From: Octopus vulgaris
Taxonomy: Eukaryota
Length of the DNA stretch: 64,000 nucleotides
Reading direction: 5' to 3'
NCBI GenBank assembly: GCA_951406725.2
Contig: OX597821.1
Span: 42,408,001-42,472,000, forward strand
Part shown: positions 52,593-64,000 of the stretch, in pieces
Layout: every line of letters begins with the position of its first letter
Numbering within the stretch: the stretch's first letter is position 1
Notes under the pieces: model-generated
Told to the model about the DNA's origin: nothing
Database searches by the model: none
The model's input: the letters and a program-made list of their open reading frames with translations, nothing else
Translations under genes and position numbers: made by a program

Positions 52593-54730
52593 TCTTTTAC
52601 TCTTTTACTTGTTTCAGTCATTTGACTGCGGCCATGCTGGAGCACCGCCTTTAATCGAGCAACTCAACCCTGGGACTTATTCTTCTGTAAGCCCAGTACT
52701 TATGCTATCGGTCTCTTTTGCCGAACCGCTAAGTAACGGGGACATAAACACACCAGCATCGGTTGTCAAGCAATGCTAGAGGGACAAACACAGGCACACA
52801 AACACACACACACATATATATATATACATATATACGACGGGCTTCTTTTCAGTTTCCGTCTACCAAATCCACTCACAAGGCTTTGGTCGGCCCGAGGCCA
52901 TAGTAGAAGACACTTTCCCAAGGTGCCACGCAGTGGGACTGAACCCGGAACCATGTGATTGGTAAACAAGGTATTTACCACACAGCCACTCCTGCGCCTA
53001 TATATATTTATAGAATATATTAACCTCATAAAAGGATGGTTACAGCCAATGGTGTACTGGTTCAATATCTAGTATTATTGGGGAATGAAATTCTCTTAAA
53101 ACAATTGGTATATATTAAGCATATAGTTCATATCCAGTTAAATGAAGAAAAGAAAATGGTGAGTTGAAAGCTTATATTTATTAATTATTAACAAATTGAT
53201 AATCTTTACTTCTTACAGCTGTTTCCATTAGTACTCAATAATTAGATTACAAATTTATGCATTAAATTTGCATTAGTATGTTATGAGAATAATTTCATCA
53301 GAGATGTTTTGCAAAGAACTTGCACATGCATGTGCTACCAGTCGAGAACTCTGCATACTGGAAGCCAGCAAGTGTATGGGGTTATCAGGAGAGAATGTGT
53401 GCCGTTTCGGGGGCTACCTCTTGACATCATCAATGTGCACCCCCCACTCACTGATATGAAGCCCTGCTTGCTAGATCAACTGGTTATCAAATAAAGCACA
53501 ATATTCTTCTAGCCATCGCTCATCATCTCTTTTTAACCAAATCCAGTGGCTAGCCTTTTCCACTGTAGTTTGGATATCGGTCATGGTGGTATTTACTTTA
53601 TGATGAGTTAGGCCTAACAATAACAACAGTCATTTCACACTGTGTCTAAAAAACCCTCTACATCCGAATTTGATTGGAAAATGCTCCGCTTTCCAGCCTG
53701 CGTCTTCACATTGATGTTCCATTCTAGCATGTGCTACATGATTTGACAGGATCTATTGTGTCCAAGGACAGATTGTGCTCCAATGCTCCTCATTATACTG
53801 ACCAAGAAAACACAACTGTACTGTGGTGGTAGATCACAGGTGTACAGAATGTAGTATTCTCTTTTTTGGTGTTGCCACAATAGTCTGTCTCTCCATCTAT
53901 TGGTGAACATCTATTTCATTTTGCTTTGAAGTCTGTTGCTAGTCCAATGCTAGAGTTAGTTTGACAGGAATATGATAGCGGACAAGTAAAGACTTGACGA
54001 GCTATTGAGGAACCCTTTATGTGATCACTTCAATCTGCTAGATATAGCAGTGAAATCTTCCTCAAATTACATCCTGTTGTCTGTATGGAAAAAGATATAT
54101 TAAGATATGTTATCCTTGATACACTATGCCTGAAAAAATAAATAAATAACTGGGTGAATGGTTGTTTCAACTGTCTTTTTCAACAATGTAATGAGAATTC
54201 TTATACAAACAAAGAAATAACAGCCTCCCTCTGTTATTGTTGCACACAGATCAAGTGTAAGAGTAACAACTATGTATCATGGCTTCTTCCTCTTTCTCTC
54301 CCACCAGTCTCAAAAACACTAGAATTTGTCATGGGGTCACTGGCCTTGCCTGCTGCCCGTCCCAAAAGCAAAACAAGAAAAGCTTTTGTCCTTGTGCTCA
54401 ATGTAGTGACTATCTTGTTCATTTATCGAATTGAACTTTGATACTTAACTTCTATCATGTGACTCACAGATTGATCTATTCTGGTGTTTTCATTAATTTG
54501 TTTTGCTTATTTTCTAAAAATACATCAACCATTTTTATTCTTATACTCAGACTTACAGAAAGAAGTTTGGTTTCCCAAGTTTGGGTTTGTGTTTCTTTTT
54601 CTTTTATCTGAACATATTTTTTAGTTTCCTGTTCTTTATCTTACATTCTATTTTGTATCCCACTTCTGTCTTATTTCTTACGTATTTCCGTGTTTCTGTG
54701 GCAAATAAATATAAAAATATATTATTATCA

Positions 54731-54960
54731 TTAACCATTTCATTACCAACCCGGCTGAAACCGCCTCTGGCTCTGTACTACAAATGTCTTGTTTTATTAA
54801 GTTTTGAATTAAAATCTTCCACCAAACCTTAGTCACATTTTATGTTCCTTACACTAGCTTAATGATAACTAAGTTATTTTACTATATTCTTTGTTATATT
54901 TAAAATTAATTGAAAGAAACACAGAGGATCTCAAAATAAATATGGTAATGAAAGGGTTAA
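54731..54960. mobile_element. piggyBac-like MITE (TTAA-flanked), same family as 12042-12260 in opposite orientation
   Basis: TTAACCATTTCATTACC ... GGTAATGAAAGGGTTAA; internal sequence is the reverse complement of the 12.1-kb copy. Confidence 0.75.
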
Positions 54961-55380
54961 TATCATTATCAAGGTTGGATGGCTGAATCAATAGGTTGCC
55001 AGACAAAATGCCTTGCTTCATTTATATATATATCTCTTTATGTCCTGGTTTCAAATTTCTCCAAGATAGGCTTTGTCATTTTCCAGGGTTTATAAAATAA
55101 AATACTAATAAAGTAGTGGTATAGTAGAAGCATATAATAATAACCATTGTAATTTTGAAATCTATTTTCTCATGCTTGTATAAGTCAGACAGAATTCATG
55201 TGACAAGTGTTTTTTAGCTGGATGCTGTCCCTGTCTTCAAACCTTACTTGTTTCCAAGCAAGTTAATACTTCCCCTTAATTAGACTTGTTTACATAGAAG
55301 ATTGGAAACAAATGAAGCCACTTTATGATGGTTAACACTTGTTTACAATTATCATGCAATATCAAGACAAGGAGACACAA

Positions 55381-55419
<39 letters not shown>

Positions 55420-56269
55420 TCAGCCTCATATATATGCATATCATCATATCATTATCATCATTTAATATCTGTTTTCCATGCTGGCATGGGTTAGACAGTT
55501 TGACAGGAGTTGCAAAGGCCAAGAGCCACACCAGGCTCTGTTGTCTGTTCTGGTATGGTTTCTATGGCTGGATGCCCTTCCTAATACCAACCACTTTACA
55601 GAGTGTGGACTGGGTGTTTTTGATATGGCACCAGCACCAGACATCTCGGTCCTCAGTCATCTCAAGAACAGCAAACCATTAGACATCTTGGTCCTTTGTC
55701 CTATATATATATATGTGTGTGTGTGTGTGTGAGAAAGGTTGAGTTCAATTTCATCTGTTTTACTTTGGGGAAGGGGGGGTGTCCAAAGTCAGATTTCTAA
55801 TAGAAATTCTTCATATTAAATTTGTAGCTTACTATTGCAAATATTTTTTAATATATGAAAATTTACAAGTATAAGGTGTGTTATGAGCATTTATAGAACT
55901 TGTATCCTATATAAACTCAACAAACAATTAAAGATGGAGAAGAGAAAATGTTAAAGGTTTTATAAAAGTTTTATTAAAAATTTCATAAAACTTTTAACAT
56001 TTTCTCTTCTCCATCTTTAATTGTTTGTTGAGTTTATATAGGATACATGTTCTATAAATGCTCATAACACTCCTTATACTTATATATATATATATATATA
56101 TATACATAAATATAAATAGATGTATGTATATAAATTGATATGAAATCTAGTTGTAAGGATATAAACGATATCAATTTTAATTTATGCACCAAAACCAAAC
56201 AGATGAAGGTAGATAACCCTTATTTAATCCCCTATTTTCGTTCTAAAGGTAAATCTATGTCTTTCAAAT

Positions 56270-57400
56270 ATAATTACACTAAAAATAAGATAACTAGTAG
56301 TAAAACCATTTGGTTAATTATTCCACACGGGAGGCAAATTAAATCTAATCTTCCTTTGCAGTTTTGTGAAACTATTATTAGGAATTTTCCAAAGAATTCT
56401 AGGTATTACTCTATTGTCAACTCACACATGGTTAGGATTGGTTTTTCCAACACAAAAAATCTCTTACAAATTATCTCTTCACATAATATTAACCTGTTAA
56501 ATATTGATACATTTATTAATTCTAACATTAATTTAGCTAATACCATCCACCCCCCCTAGAAATGTTAATAACAAGGTTATTTTATCTGAAGTCAATTGCA
56601 ACAGAATCAAGTTTATGTCAAGTAACTCTAAAATTAAAAATTCTATATACCAGTGTAAAATTACTACTGGTAATGAAGTATATTTTTATATAGGAAGCAC
56701 TTCTTCTCAGTTGTCTTAAAGAATTTCTAATCATTACTCTACATTTAGGGATAGGAATAAACGTAACTGTACAGGGTTTAGTAAAGACCACAATAAACAA
56801 TTTCATTTAGATTTGTTGATTCTCTCAATCTCGATACCTTATGACAATGGCAAGGAATTCTGTCTTCTCTGTAATTCTGAACTATTTTTTATTCTTTTTT
56901 CTAAAAATCCCCTTGTAAACGCGGTTATAGAGCGTGCATACCGATGTAAACATTGGCAGAAACACACCTTTAGTTCATATAAGTGATATCTATCATCATA
57001 TATAATTTAAACATTAATTTTCTTCTTACATTTCACATTCACTAGATATATCTTTTTTCCAAGTCTATATGGTTTTATTTAATATACATAAAGTTATATA
57101 CTTCTCATTTATTTAGTTTTTCTTTCCTTTATCCCTCCTCTTTCTATAGGCTGCCTTTGATGTTATATACTATAACGTTTTTTTGAAACAATCGTAATAG
57201 CTTTCAGTTAATCACTATACATATCTATCATTTTCTGTTAAAATTTCTTATTGACAAGTTTCATTTCTTCACTTCCCTGAAGAGAAGATTACATTGTTTT
57301 ACACCATTTTATTCCTTTGGAATATTACCAGTGATATCTTCGAAACATGTGTCAGAAGTAAAAGAATTTGAATAACACCTGTGTTTAATTCCATTTATAC
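56270..57400 (+). mobile_element. Penelope-like element 3' relic: linker, GIY-YIG endonuclease, pLTR-like region
   Basis: TIWLIIPHGRQIKSNL...IIRNFPKNSRYYSIVNSHMVRIGFSNTKNLLQIISSHN (PLE linker); SIYQCKITTGNEVYFYIGST (GIY-YIG); CLLC..E and CKH motifs. Confidence 0.8.
57271..57359 (+). ncRNA. Type I hammerhead-ribozyme motif in the Penelope pLTR
   Basis: ACTTCC-CTGAAGA-GAAGAT...ATCTTC-GAAAC-ATGT-GTC-AGAAGT: conserved core, 6-bp stem II, stem I with a closing mismatch. Confidence 0.65.
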
Positions 57401-57790
57401 ATACATACATATATATATATATAACAAATGAAAGCCAGAAGATGGAATATACGGAAATTTATTACTAATCACGACAACTGTTTCAACACATCTAGTATAG
57501 ATTCCTCTTGGGTGGGACACTCAACAACTGGTTCAGGAGCATCCGGTGGTGCAGATTTATCTCGTTGGGTGATAAATAAATACAACTCATTAAAATGACT
57601 GTTCTGCAATGTAATATTCCGTTGGTTATTTTGTATCCCTCTTCATAATGACACAGCCATGTCTGCTCAGAGAAGCTATTCCAACTCTTTTGTTTTTGTA
57701 ATTTTGAAAGTTTCATTGTTTCAAAGATTTTTTTTTTCACTTTATTATTATCTTCTAATGTTGGTTTTCAGCTCTTGTCTACTTAAAAGA

Positions 57791-57853
57791 ATGTCAGTTG
57801 AAAACAAATCGAGCCATCTGGATCTGACAGCCAAAGACAAAGACAAAACACCG
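57791..57853 (+). CDS. Possible first coding exon of an unidentified downstream gene (MSVENKSSHLDLTAKDKDKTP)
   Basis: Acceptor ttggttttcag at 57771, AGAATG start, strong CCG|gtgagt donor in phase 0; no homology recognised. Confidence 0.35.
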
Positions 57854-57919
57854 GTGAGTCCATGGATTAACTATACACACACATTTCTAAAGCTAGCAGA
57901 GATGCAACTGAAGTATCAT

Positions 57920-58800
57920 AGCTATGTGGTAGAGAGTCACTGGTAATTGTAGCTGGTGAGTGACTGCTAGTTGGTGAGTCATAGTTAGGTTGTAGGTTAT
58001 TTCTAATTGGTGGGCCATAGTTAGATAGTTGGTAGTTGTTGGTAGATCATAGATAATGGGTTGCTTTTAGCCTGTGAGTCATAGTTAATTAGTGAGTTAC
58101 TGCTAGTTGGTAGGTCATAGGTTACTACAAGTTGTTGGGTTATAGTTAAATTGTGGGTCACTATTAGATGATTGGTTATAACTAATTAACTTGTAGCTTA
58201 CTGCTAGTTTGTAGGTTATAGTTAGTGACTTATTTCCAGGTGTAAGTCACAGCTACTTGGTATATCACTGTTAGTTGGTTAGTCATAGTGAATTACTGCT
58301 AGTTTGTGGATCATAGTTAGTAGGTAGATCATATCTAATTGTAGAGTCATTGCGTTCCCAAAGTCCATCCCCTCCTCACTGTGGTGGGGACGCTGGCAAC
58401 GGGTAGTGTCAGAGCTATGCCGTCGGGAAGTTCGGTTCCTGGTAGGGCCACCCAAGGTGGATTGGTCTGACACCAAGTGGTATTAGGGCCACAACCCGGC
58501 AGATGGGGCTCTGGTGAAAATCCTCGGAATGTCTGCTTCGGCAACTGGTGGCTCCTCGGTCGTTCTGTCCCTGCGTCTGCGGACAATTTGTGGCAAACAG
58601 GATGTCTCCACATGCAGGATTGTTGGGAACCACTTGTGAAATCCACATATTCCCACAAAACTTCTTCCATGAGTAGAAGAAGCCGACTCAACCTGCCCAG
58701 GGTGGATGTCGCCACAAGTACAAGTAAGTAAGTAGAGTCATTGCTAACTGGAATACTACGAGTAGCTAGAGGGTTACAATTAGCTGGAAAGTTACAGCTC
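57920..58800. repeat. Degenerate ~18-bp minisatellite (TAGTTGGTGAGTCATAGT-like), interrupted by an insertion
   Basis: Recurrent tagttggt..gtca(t/c) units on both sides of 58354-58731. Confidence 0.65.
58354..58731 (+). mobile_element. 378-bp non-autonomous RTE-derived element (5' UTR-like head plus 3' tail) with a 13-bp TSD
   Basis: TSD GTAGAGTCATTGC at 58341-58353 and 58732-58744; GAGCTATGCC...CCTGGTAGGGCCACCCAAGG resembles RTE 5' UTRs; (AAGT)n tail. Confidence 0.75.
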
Positions 58801-59632
58801 ATTTATTAAACAAAACTAACTTTGCTTTCTGTCAAAAACATATCCATCTCAAAGGTTTGATTACCTTGCTATAAATCCTATGCAGAAAACATTATCCTTT
58901 GCTCCTTCTTGGAACCTCAGTATAGTCAGTCATCCTGAGATATAATGCATAAGCAGCACTATAAACACTTGTTAATATCGGTCAAAGTGTTCAGTTTTCT
59001 TCAATGTTATTAATTTGTTAACTTTAATACATCACAAATTAATGTCTCTTTTACTGGCAGTTATTTTTATTGACCATGGGAGTGGATGAAAGCAAATTTA
59101 TCTCCAGTGTGGTTTGAACTCTGATACAGAAGTAGATAAAAAATGTATTCTGGCAGCCTACCTTTTCTTTTAATCAAATTCTATTATTTACATGTTGTTG
59201 AACTATAATATGCTGGTGAATTAAGCATTAACATACTTAATGTGGCAAACACGATGACTTAATCTCATTGAAAGTATGGGAGAAGTAAACATTGTTAAGT
59301 AATGTTTTACTGAGTTAAACAAAAGCAAGGGGAACAACTCTTCTTTTTTTTAATTTCTATTCTTTCATGCTTGCATAGCTCGGGCAGATTTTCTATGGTT
59401 GGATGCCCTTCCTGTCGCCAACCCTCACCTATTTCCAAGCAAGTTAATATTTTCCCATAGCCTGACATGTTTTCATAGAATATTGGAAATGAAGAATGAC
59501 CCTGCTTATATGACAGCGCCACTCATTTACAACTATCACATAATGCCAAGACAAAGATTCACAAACACACACACAGTTGCACATGCATACTTATATATAT
59601 ATATATATATATATATATAACCTTTATATGTG

Positions 59633-59665
<33 letters not shown>

Positions 59666-59751
59666 TTTATATGTGTATATATATATATAGGCATATATAC
59701 ATACATATATACATACATACATATATATATGCATACATATATATATACATA

Positions 59752-60372
59752 AAAAAGGCGCATTTTCATTCTGTTTATAAAGTGAATCACAGATGGAAAT
59801 GCGATCCAAAAGCTTCTTCTCACTCAACTCATGTGGTACCCAAATATTGTAGCGATTTGTGTACCCAAGCTTTAGCAGGTGCTCATGAATGACAGATTTT
59901 GATAGGTTGAGGCTTTCTGCCAATTCTCAGGTTGTGCAATGTGGGTTATTCTCAGTTAATGACTTGATTTGGTCATCATCTGTAGTGGATGGTCTGCCTG
60001 ATCGCTATTTATCAATAAGGCTACAATCTCCAGCTTGGAACCTTGTGAACCACTTACGTACAGTTCTTTTTAATAAAGAAACATCACCGTAAACTGTGCA
60101 TATTTCCTTGGTTGCTGGTGAGGCATTTTTCCCTTTACGGAAAAAGAAAAGCATCAAGTGCTGAAAATGAACTTTCTTATATTCCATTTTAAAGGGTTAC
60201 GGAATTAACACAGGTTATAGGAACATAAACCTTCTTCCACGAAAAGACAGCTTAAACCGTGCTCTAAATGGAGGTGTTGTAAAATCCTATTTTATGGACT
60301 CAACCATGTTCTAAAATATGTCAAAAGGTAAGCTACTATAAATCGGCACAAACTTTCTGGACAACCCAATGT
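59752..60372 (-). mobile_element. Mariner transposon 5' half (TIR plus transposase N-terminus, with stops)
   Basis: TIR-like TTGGGTTGTCCAGAAAGTTTGTGCCGATT; MEYKKVHFQHLMLFFFRKGKNAS.ATKEIC.VYG...VRKWF.RF..GD...RSGRP...WVPHEL. Confidence 0.9.
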
Positions 60373-61389
60373 ATATAAATATATACATATATACATACAT
60401 TTATATATATATAAATACACACACACACACATATATATATATTTACATATATATAAGAAATAATTGAGATTCAGTGGAATTAGGTACCAAGTCAGTTCAG
60501 CATTATCCGCTCAGCTTGAAGTAAGGTGCATAAAATCAAAATAAGCAATAGGATATCAAGAAGTGATGCAGTACGACTGTTTCAAGTGTCTCCATTTAAT
60601 TGAACAATGCAATCATTACATCAATTTAAATGCAAAGCTATCATCAGATGCACAAATAAATTGAATTTTAATCAGTTGGACACATTAATATAAATTTTCT
60701 CAAATACTTTAACAGAGCAAGAAGTTGGAAGAAATCCATGTTGTCGCTATTGTAGCTAAGACTAGACCACAATTCCAAGAAAGGGATGAAGCTCACTGGG
60801 GTCATATCTTGTAAAGAATTGTGGTTCATTTCTAATTTATTTGTTTTCTAAGGCTAGAAGATTGTCTGTTTGGAATGAAGGGAAGAGTTAGTTGACAGCT
60901 CACGACTAGGTATCATCATAAATATTGCCAAGACATTAGTAGTAAATCGGGTATAGAGTAACTGTCTATAAAAGGAGGCAGAGTAGGAGAAGACCCTAAA
61001 TCATGGTGTTAATTACCAGTTGAAGGGGCAAGACGCTAACAAAACCTATGATGTTAATACAGAAGAAATTTTATCATGGAGTACTATAGGTGATTGTTTA
61101 TAAACAATATTGATATGTTGTATAAAAATAAAATAAAATTTAAGATTATCAAAAATGATATAATCAAAATAGGTAAAATGTGTGTATATATCAATTTTCA
61201 ACATTAAAAAGGAAAGATTACGTAGAATCAGTTTAATATTCATTCATCTACTTAATTATTTACTTATTAGATGGTTTCTGTAAAGACTGCTCAGACCATT
61301 TACTTATGGCATACTGGAAAGATAAACATGCTATCTATATATTAATTATAAGCCAAGAATCAGCTATCTGTATATTAATTATAAGTCAG

Positions 61390-62897
61390 AATGCTGATGA
61401 CCTTGATCTAATAGCTGAGCCACTATCAGAACTAGAGGAGAAGTTTCAGGTGTGGAAGCAAGGTCTAGAATTGAAGGGCCTTAGAGTCAATCTAACAAAA
61501 ACCAAAGTCTTAATAAGTAGGAAGGCAGATAAACTACAAATCCCTTTGGGTAGATGGCCCTACTTGATTTGAAGAAAAGGCGTAGGTAGAAACTCCATAT
61601 GATGTACCCGGTGTAAGTTATGGACACATAAGAGGTGCAGCAATATCAAAGGAAGACTAACTGAAAGAATGGTTTTTGTATGTGGCAAATGCTCAGGAGC
61701 AATAAACACTGAAAACGTGCAGAAAACAGCTTCCGTCACATCCAGCGGGGAAAACTACAAGTAGTTAATAGCTTCCATAAACCTAGGTGTTCAAGTCAGT
61801 AGTGGGGGTGGTTGCTCTGAAAGTGTAGCTGCTAGAATAAGAATAGCCTAGGCAAAGTTCAGAGAGCTCCTACCTCTGCTGGTGACAAAGGGCCTCTCGC
61901 TCAGAGTAAAAGGTAGACTGTATGATGCATGTGTGCAAACAGCCATGCTACATGGCAGTGAAACATGGGCTGTGACTGCTGAGGATATGCATAAGCTTGC
62001 AAGGAATGAAGCTAGTATACTCCACTGGATATGTAATGTCAGTGTGCATACATGACAGAGTGTAAGTGCCCTGAGAGAAAAGTTGGACACAGGAAGCATC
62101 AGATGTAGTGTGCAAGAGAGATGACTGTGTTGGTATGGTCATGTGTTGCATATGGATGAGGACAGCTGTGTGAAAAAGTGTCACACCCTAGAAGTAGAGG
62201 GAACCTGTGGAAGAGGCAGACCCAGGAAGACCTGGAATGAGGTGTTGAAGCATGGCCTTTGAATGATGGGGCCTCACCGAGGTGATGACAAGTGACTGAG
62301 ACCTTTGGAGATATGCTGCGCTTGAGAAGACCTGGCAAGCCAAGTGAGACCATAACTGTGGCCTATGCCAGTGCAGCATAACTGGCCCATTTAAGAATAC
62401 CCTTCAATCATTTGGGCAATAAACTGTGCTTGCGAAGACCTGTTGAGGCAAGTTAAGTTGTTGTGGCCAATGACAGTACTGCCTGATTTGCACCTGTGCC
62501 AGCGGCATGTAGAAAGTACCATGTAAGTGTGGTCAGTGCCAATGCCAGCTGATTGGTCCCATGTTAGTGGCAAGTAACAAGCACCATTCAAGCATGATTG
62601 TTGCCAGTGCCACCTGACTGGCTCCTGTCTGGTGACAAGTAAAAAGTATCATCCAAGTGTGGCCGATGTCAGTACCAACTGACCGGCCGTCATGCTGGTG
62701 GCATGTAAAAAGCACCCTACTACATTCTCAGAGTGGTTGGCATTAGGAAGGCCATTTAGCTGTAAAAACATTGCCTGATTGGATTGGAGCTTGGTCCAGC
62801 CTTCTGGCTTGCCAGCCCTCAGTCAAACTGTCCAACCCATGCCAGCATTGAAAGCAGACACTAAATGATGATGACGACGATGATGATGATGATGATG
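61390..62897 (+). mobile_element. Decayed 5'-truncated RTE LINE (ADD motif, PHD, C-terminus, 3' UTR, GAT tail)
   Basis: [37 protein letters not shown]...; colinear with 16300-17914; many stops. Confidence 0.9.
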
Positions 62898-63644
62898 GTA
62901 TATATATATATATATATATATAATGTGTGTGTGTGTGTATATATATATTTGTGTATGTATATATATTTGTATGTATATATATATATGTATGTATATGTAT
63001 ATTTGTATGTGTATATATATGTAAAGCAGCAGAAAATTCAACTGGTTTTGTTGAATTTTCTGCTGCTTTAAATAAAGCACATTACTCTACCACTGGTATT
63101 TGAGTACTCTTTTTTCCAACTCATTTCACATTTATGTGTTTACTCCGGTATATATATATGTATATATATATATGTATGTATATGTATACGTGTGTATATA
63201 TATTTATATAATTAATCAAAGTTGGAAGATAAGTCCAGGTAGATACAAAGTCTCAGAGGAAGTCTGAAGAACATATAGTATTTCCAATAATCACTTTTGT
63301 CTTAATACATGATGTATGCAAGTCTAGAGAATATAAAACAAAGTTAACAATGGAAACTGGTATATTAATTGATTATTTATTTATTCTTACATCTATGAAA
63401 TCAAAGCATATAGACATTAATGAATAAGTCATGATGTAAATAAGAACTTTCTCTTAAACTCCCTGATGAAGCTATTTTGTTAAATAGATTGTATTGATTA
63501 ATTATTTAATTATATAATTATAAATGGATACGGCCTTGGTAAATCAGCTGAAACATGTGCTGATTAGTTATCAATGTCTATATTTTATGGATTTTATACA
63601 TATAAGAATAAATAATTAATTAATTAATATACCAGTTTTCATTG

Positions 63645-63685
<41 letters not shown>

Positions 63686-63705
63686 GGTATGTATATATGT
63701 ATGTA

Positions 63706-64000
63706 TCATCATCATCATCGTTTAACGTCCACTTTCCATGCTAGCATGGGTTGGACGATTTGACTGAAGTCTGGCGAACCAGGTGGCTGCACCAGACTCC
63801 AATCTGATCTGCAGAGTTTCTACAGCTGGATGCCCTTCCTTACACCAACCACTCCGAGAGTGTAGTGGGTGCTTTTACATTTTGATTTTGATTTCGATTC
63901 ACTTGCCTCAACAAGTCTTCACAAGCAGAGTTTAGTGTCCAATGAAGGAAAGGTATGCATAAGTGGACAGGTTACACCCATGGCATAGGCCACGAGGTTA
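63706..64000 (-). mobile_element. RTE 3' tail, antisense, running off the window end
   Basis: (CAT)n CGTTTAACGTCC...CTACAGCTGGATGCCCTTCC. Confidence 0.85.

Overview
AT-rich, microsatellite-laden eukaryotic (animal) DNA. The SINE/RTE repertoire resembles an octopus or other coleoid cephalopod genome (inference). The main gene is a complete plus-strand NF-YC (nuclear transcription factor Y subunit gamma): 9 coding exons from 10422 to 31492, about 482 aa, with a histone fold and a greatly expanded polyQ region. A CCAAT-rich putative promoter lies at about 2.66-3.66 kb. The introns and the downstream 32 kb are packed with mobile DNA: a near-complete RTE LINE with one frameshift and a PHD finger, RTE/CR1/RLE-type LINE relics, Penelope-like relics with hammerhead-ribozyme motifs, a Ty3/Gypsy relic with its 5' LTR, mariner relics, MITEs and tRNA-SINEs. 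Notable structures are a 1.3-kb ~99% palindrome (42898-44205), several 70-300 bp hairpins, a TSD-flanked bipartite RTE-derived element beginning with an HDV-ribozyme-like fold, and a possible second gene (promoter at ~40 kb, first coding exon 57791-57853). Coordinates were read by eye; nothing was computed or database-searched.
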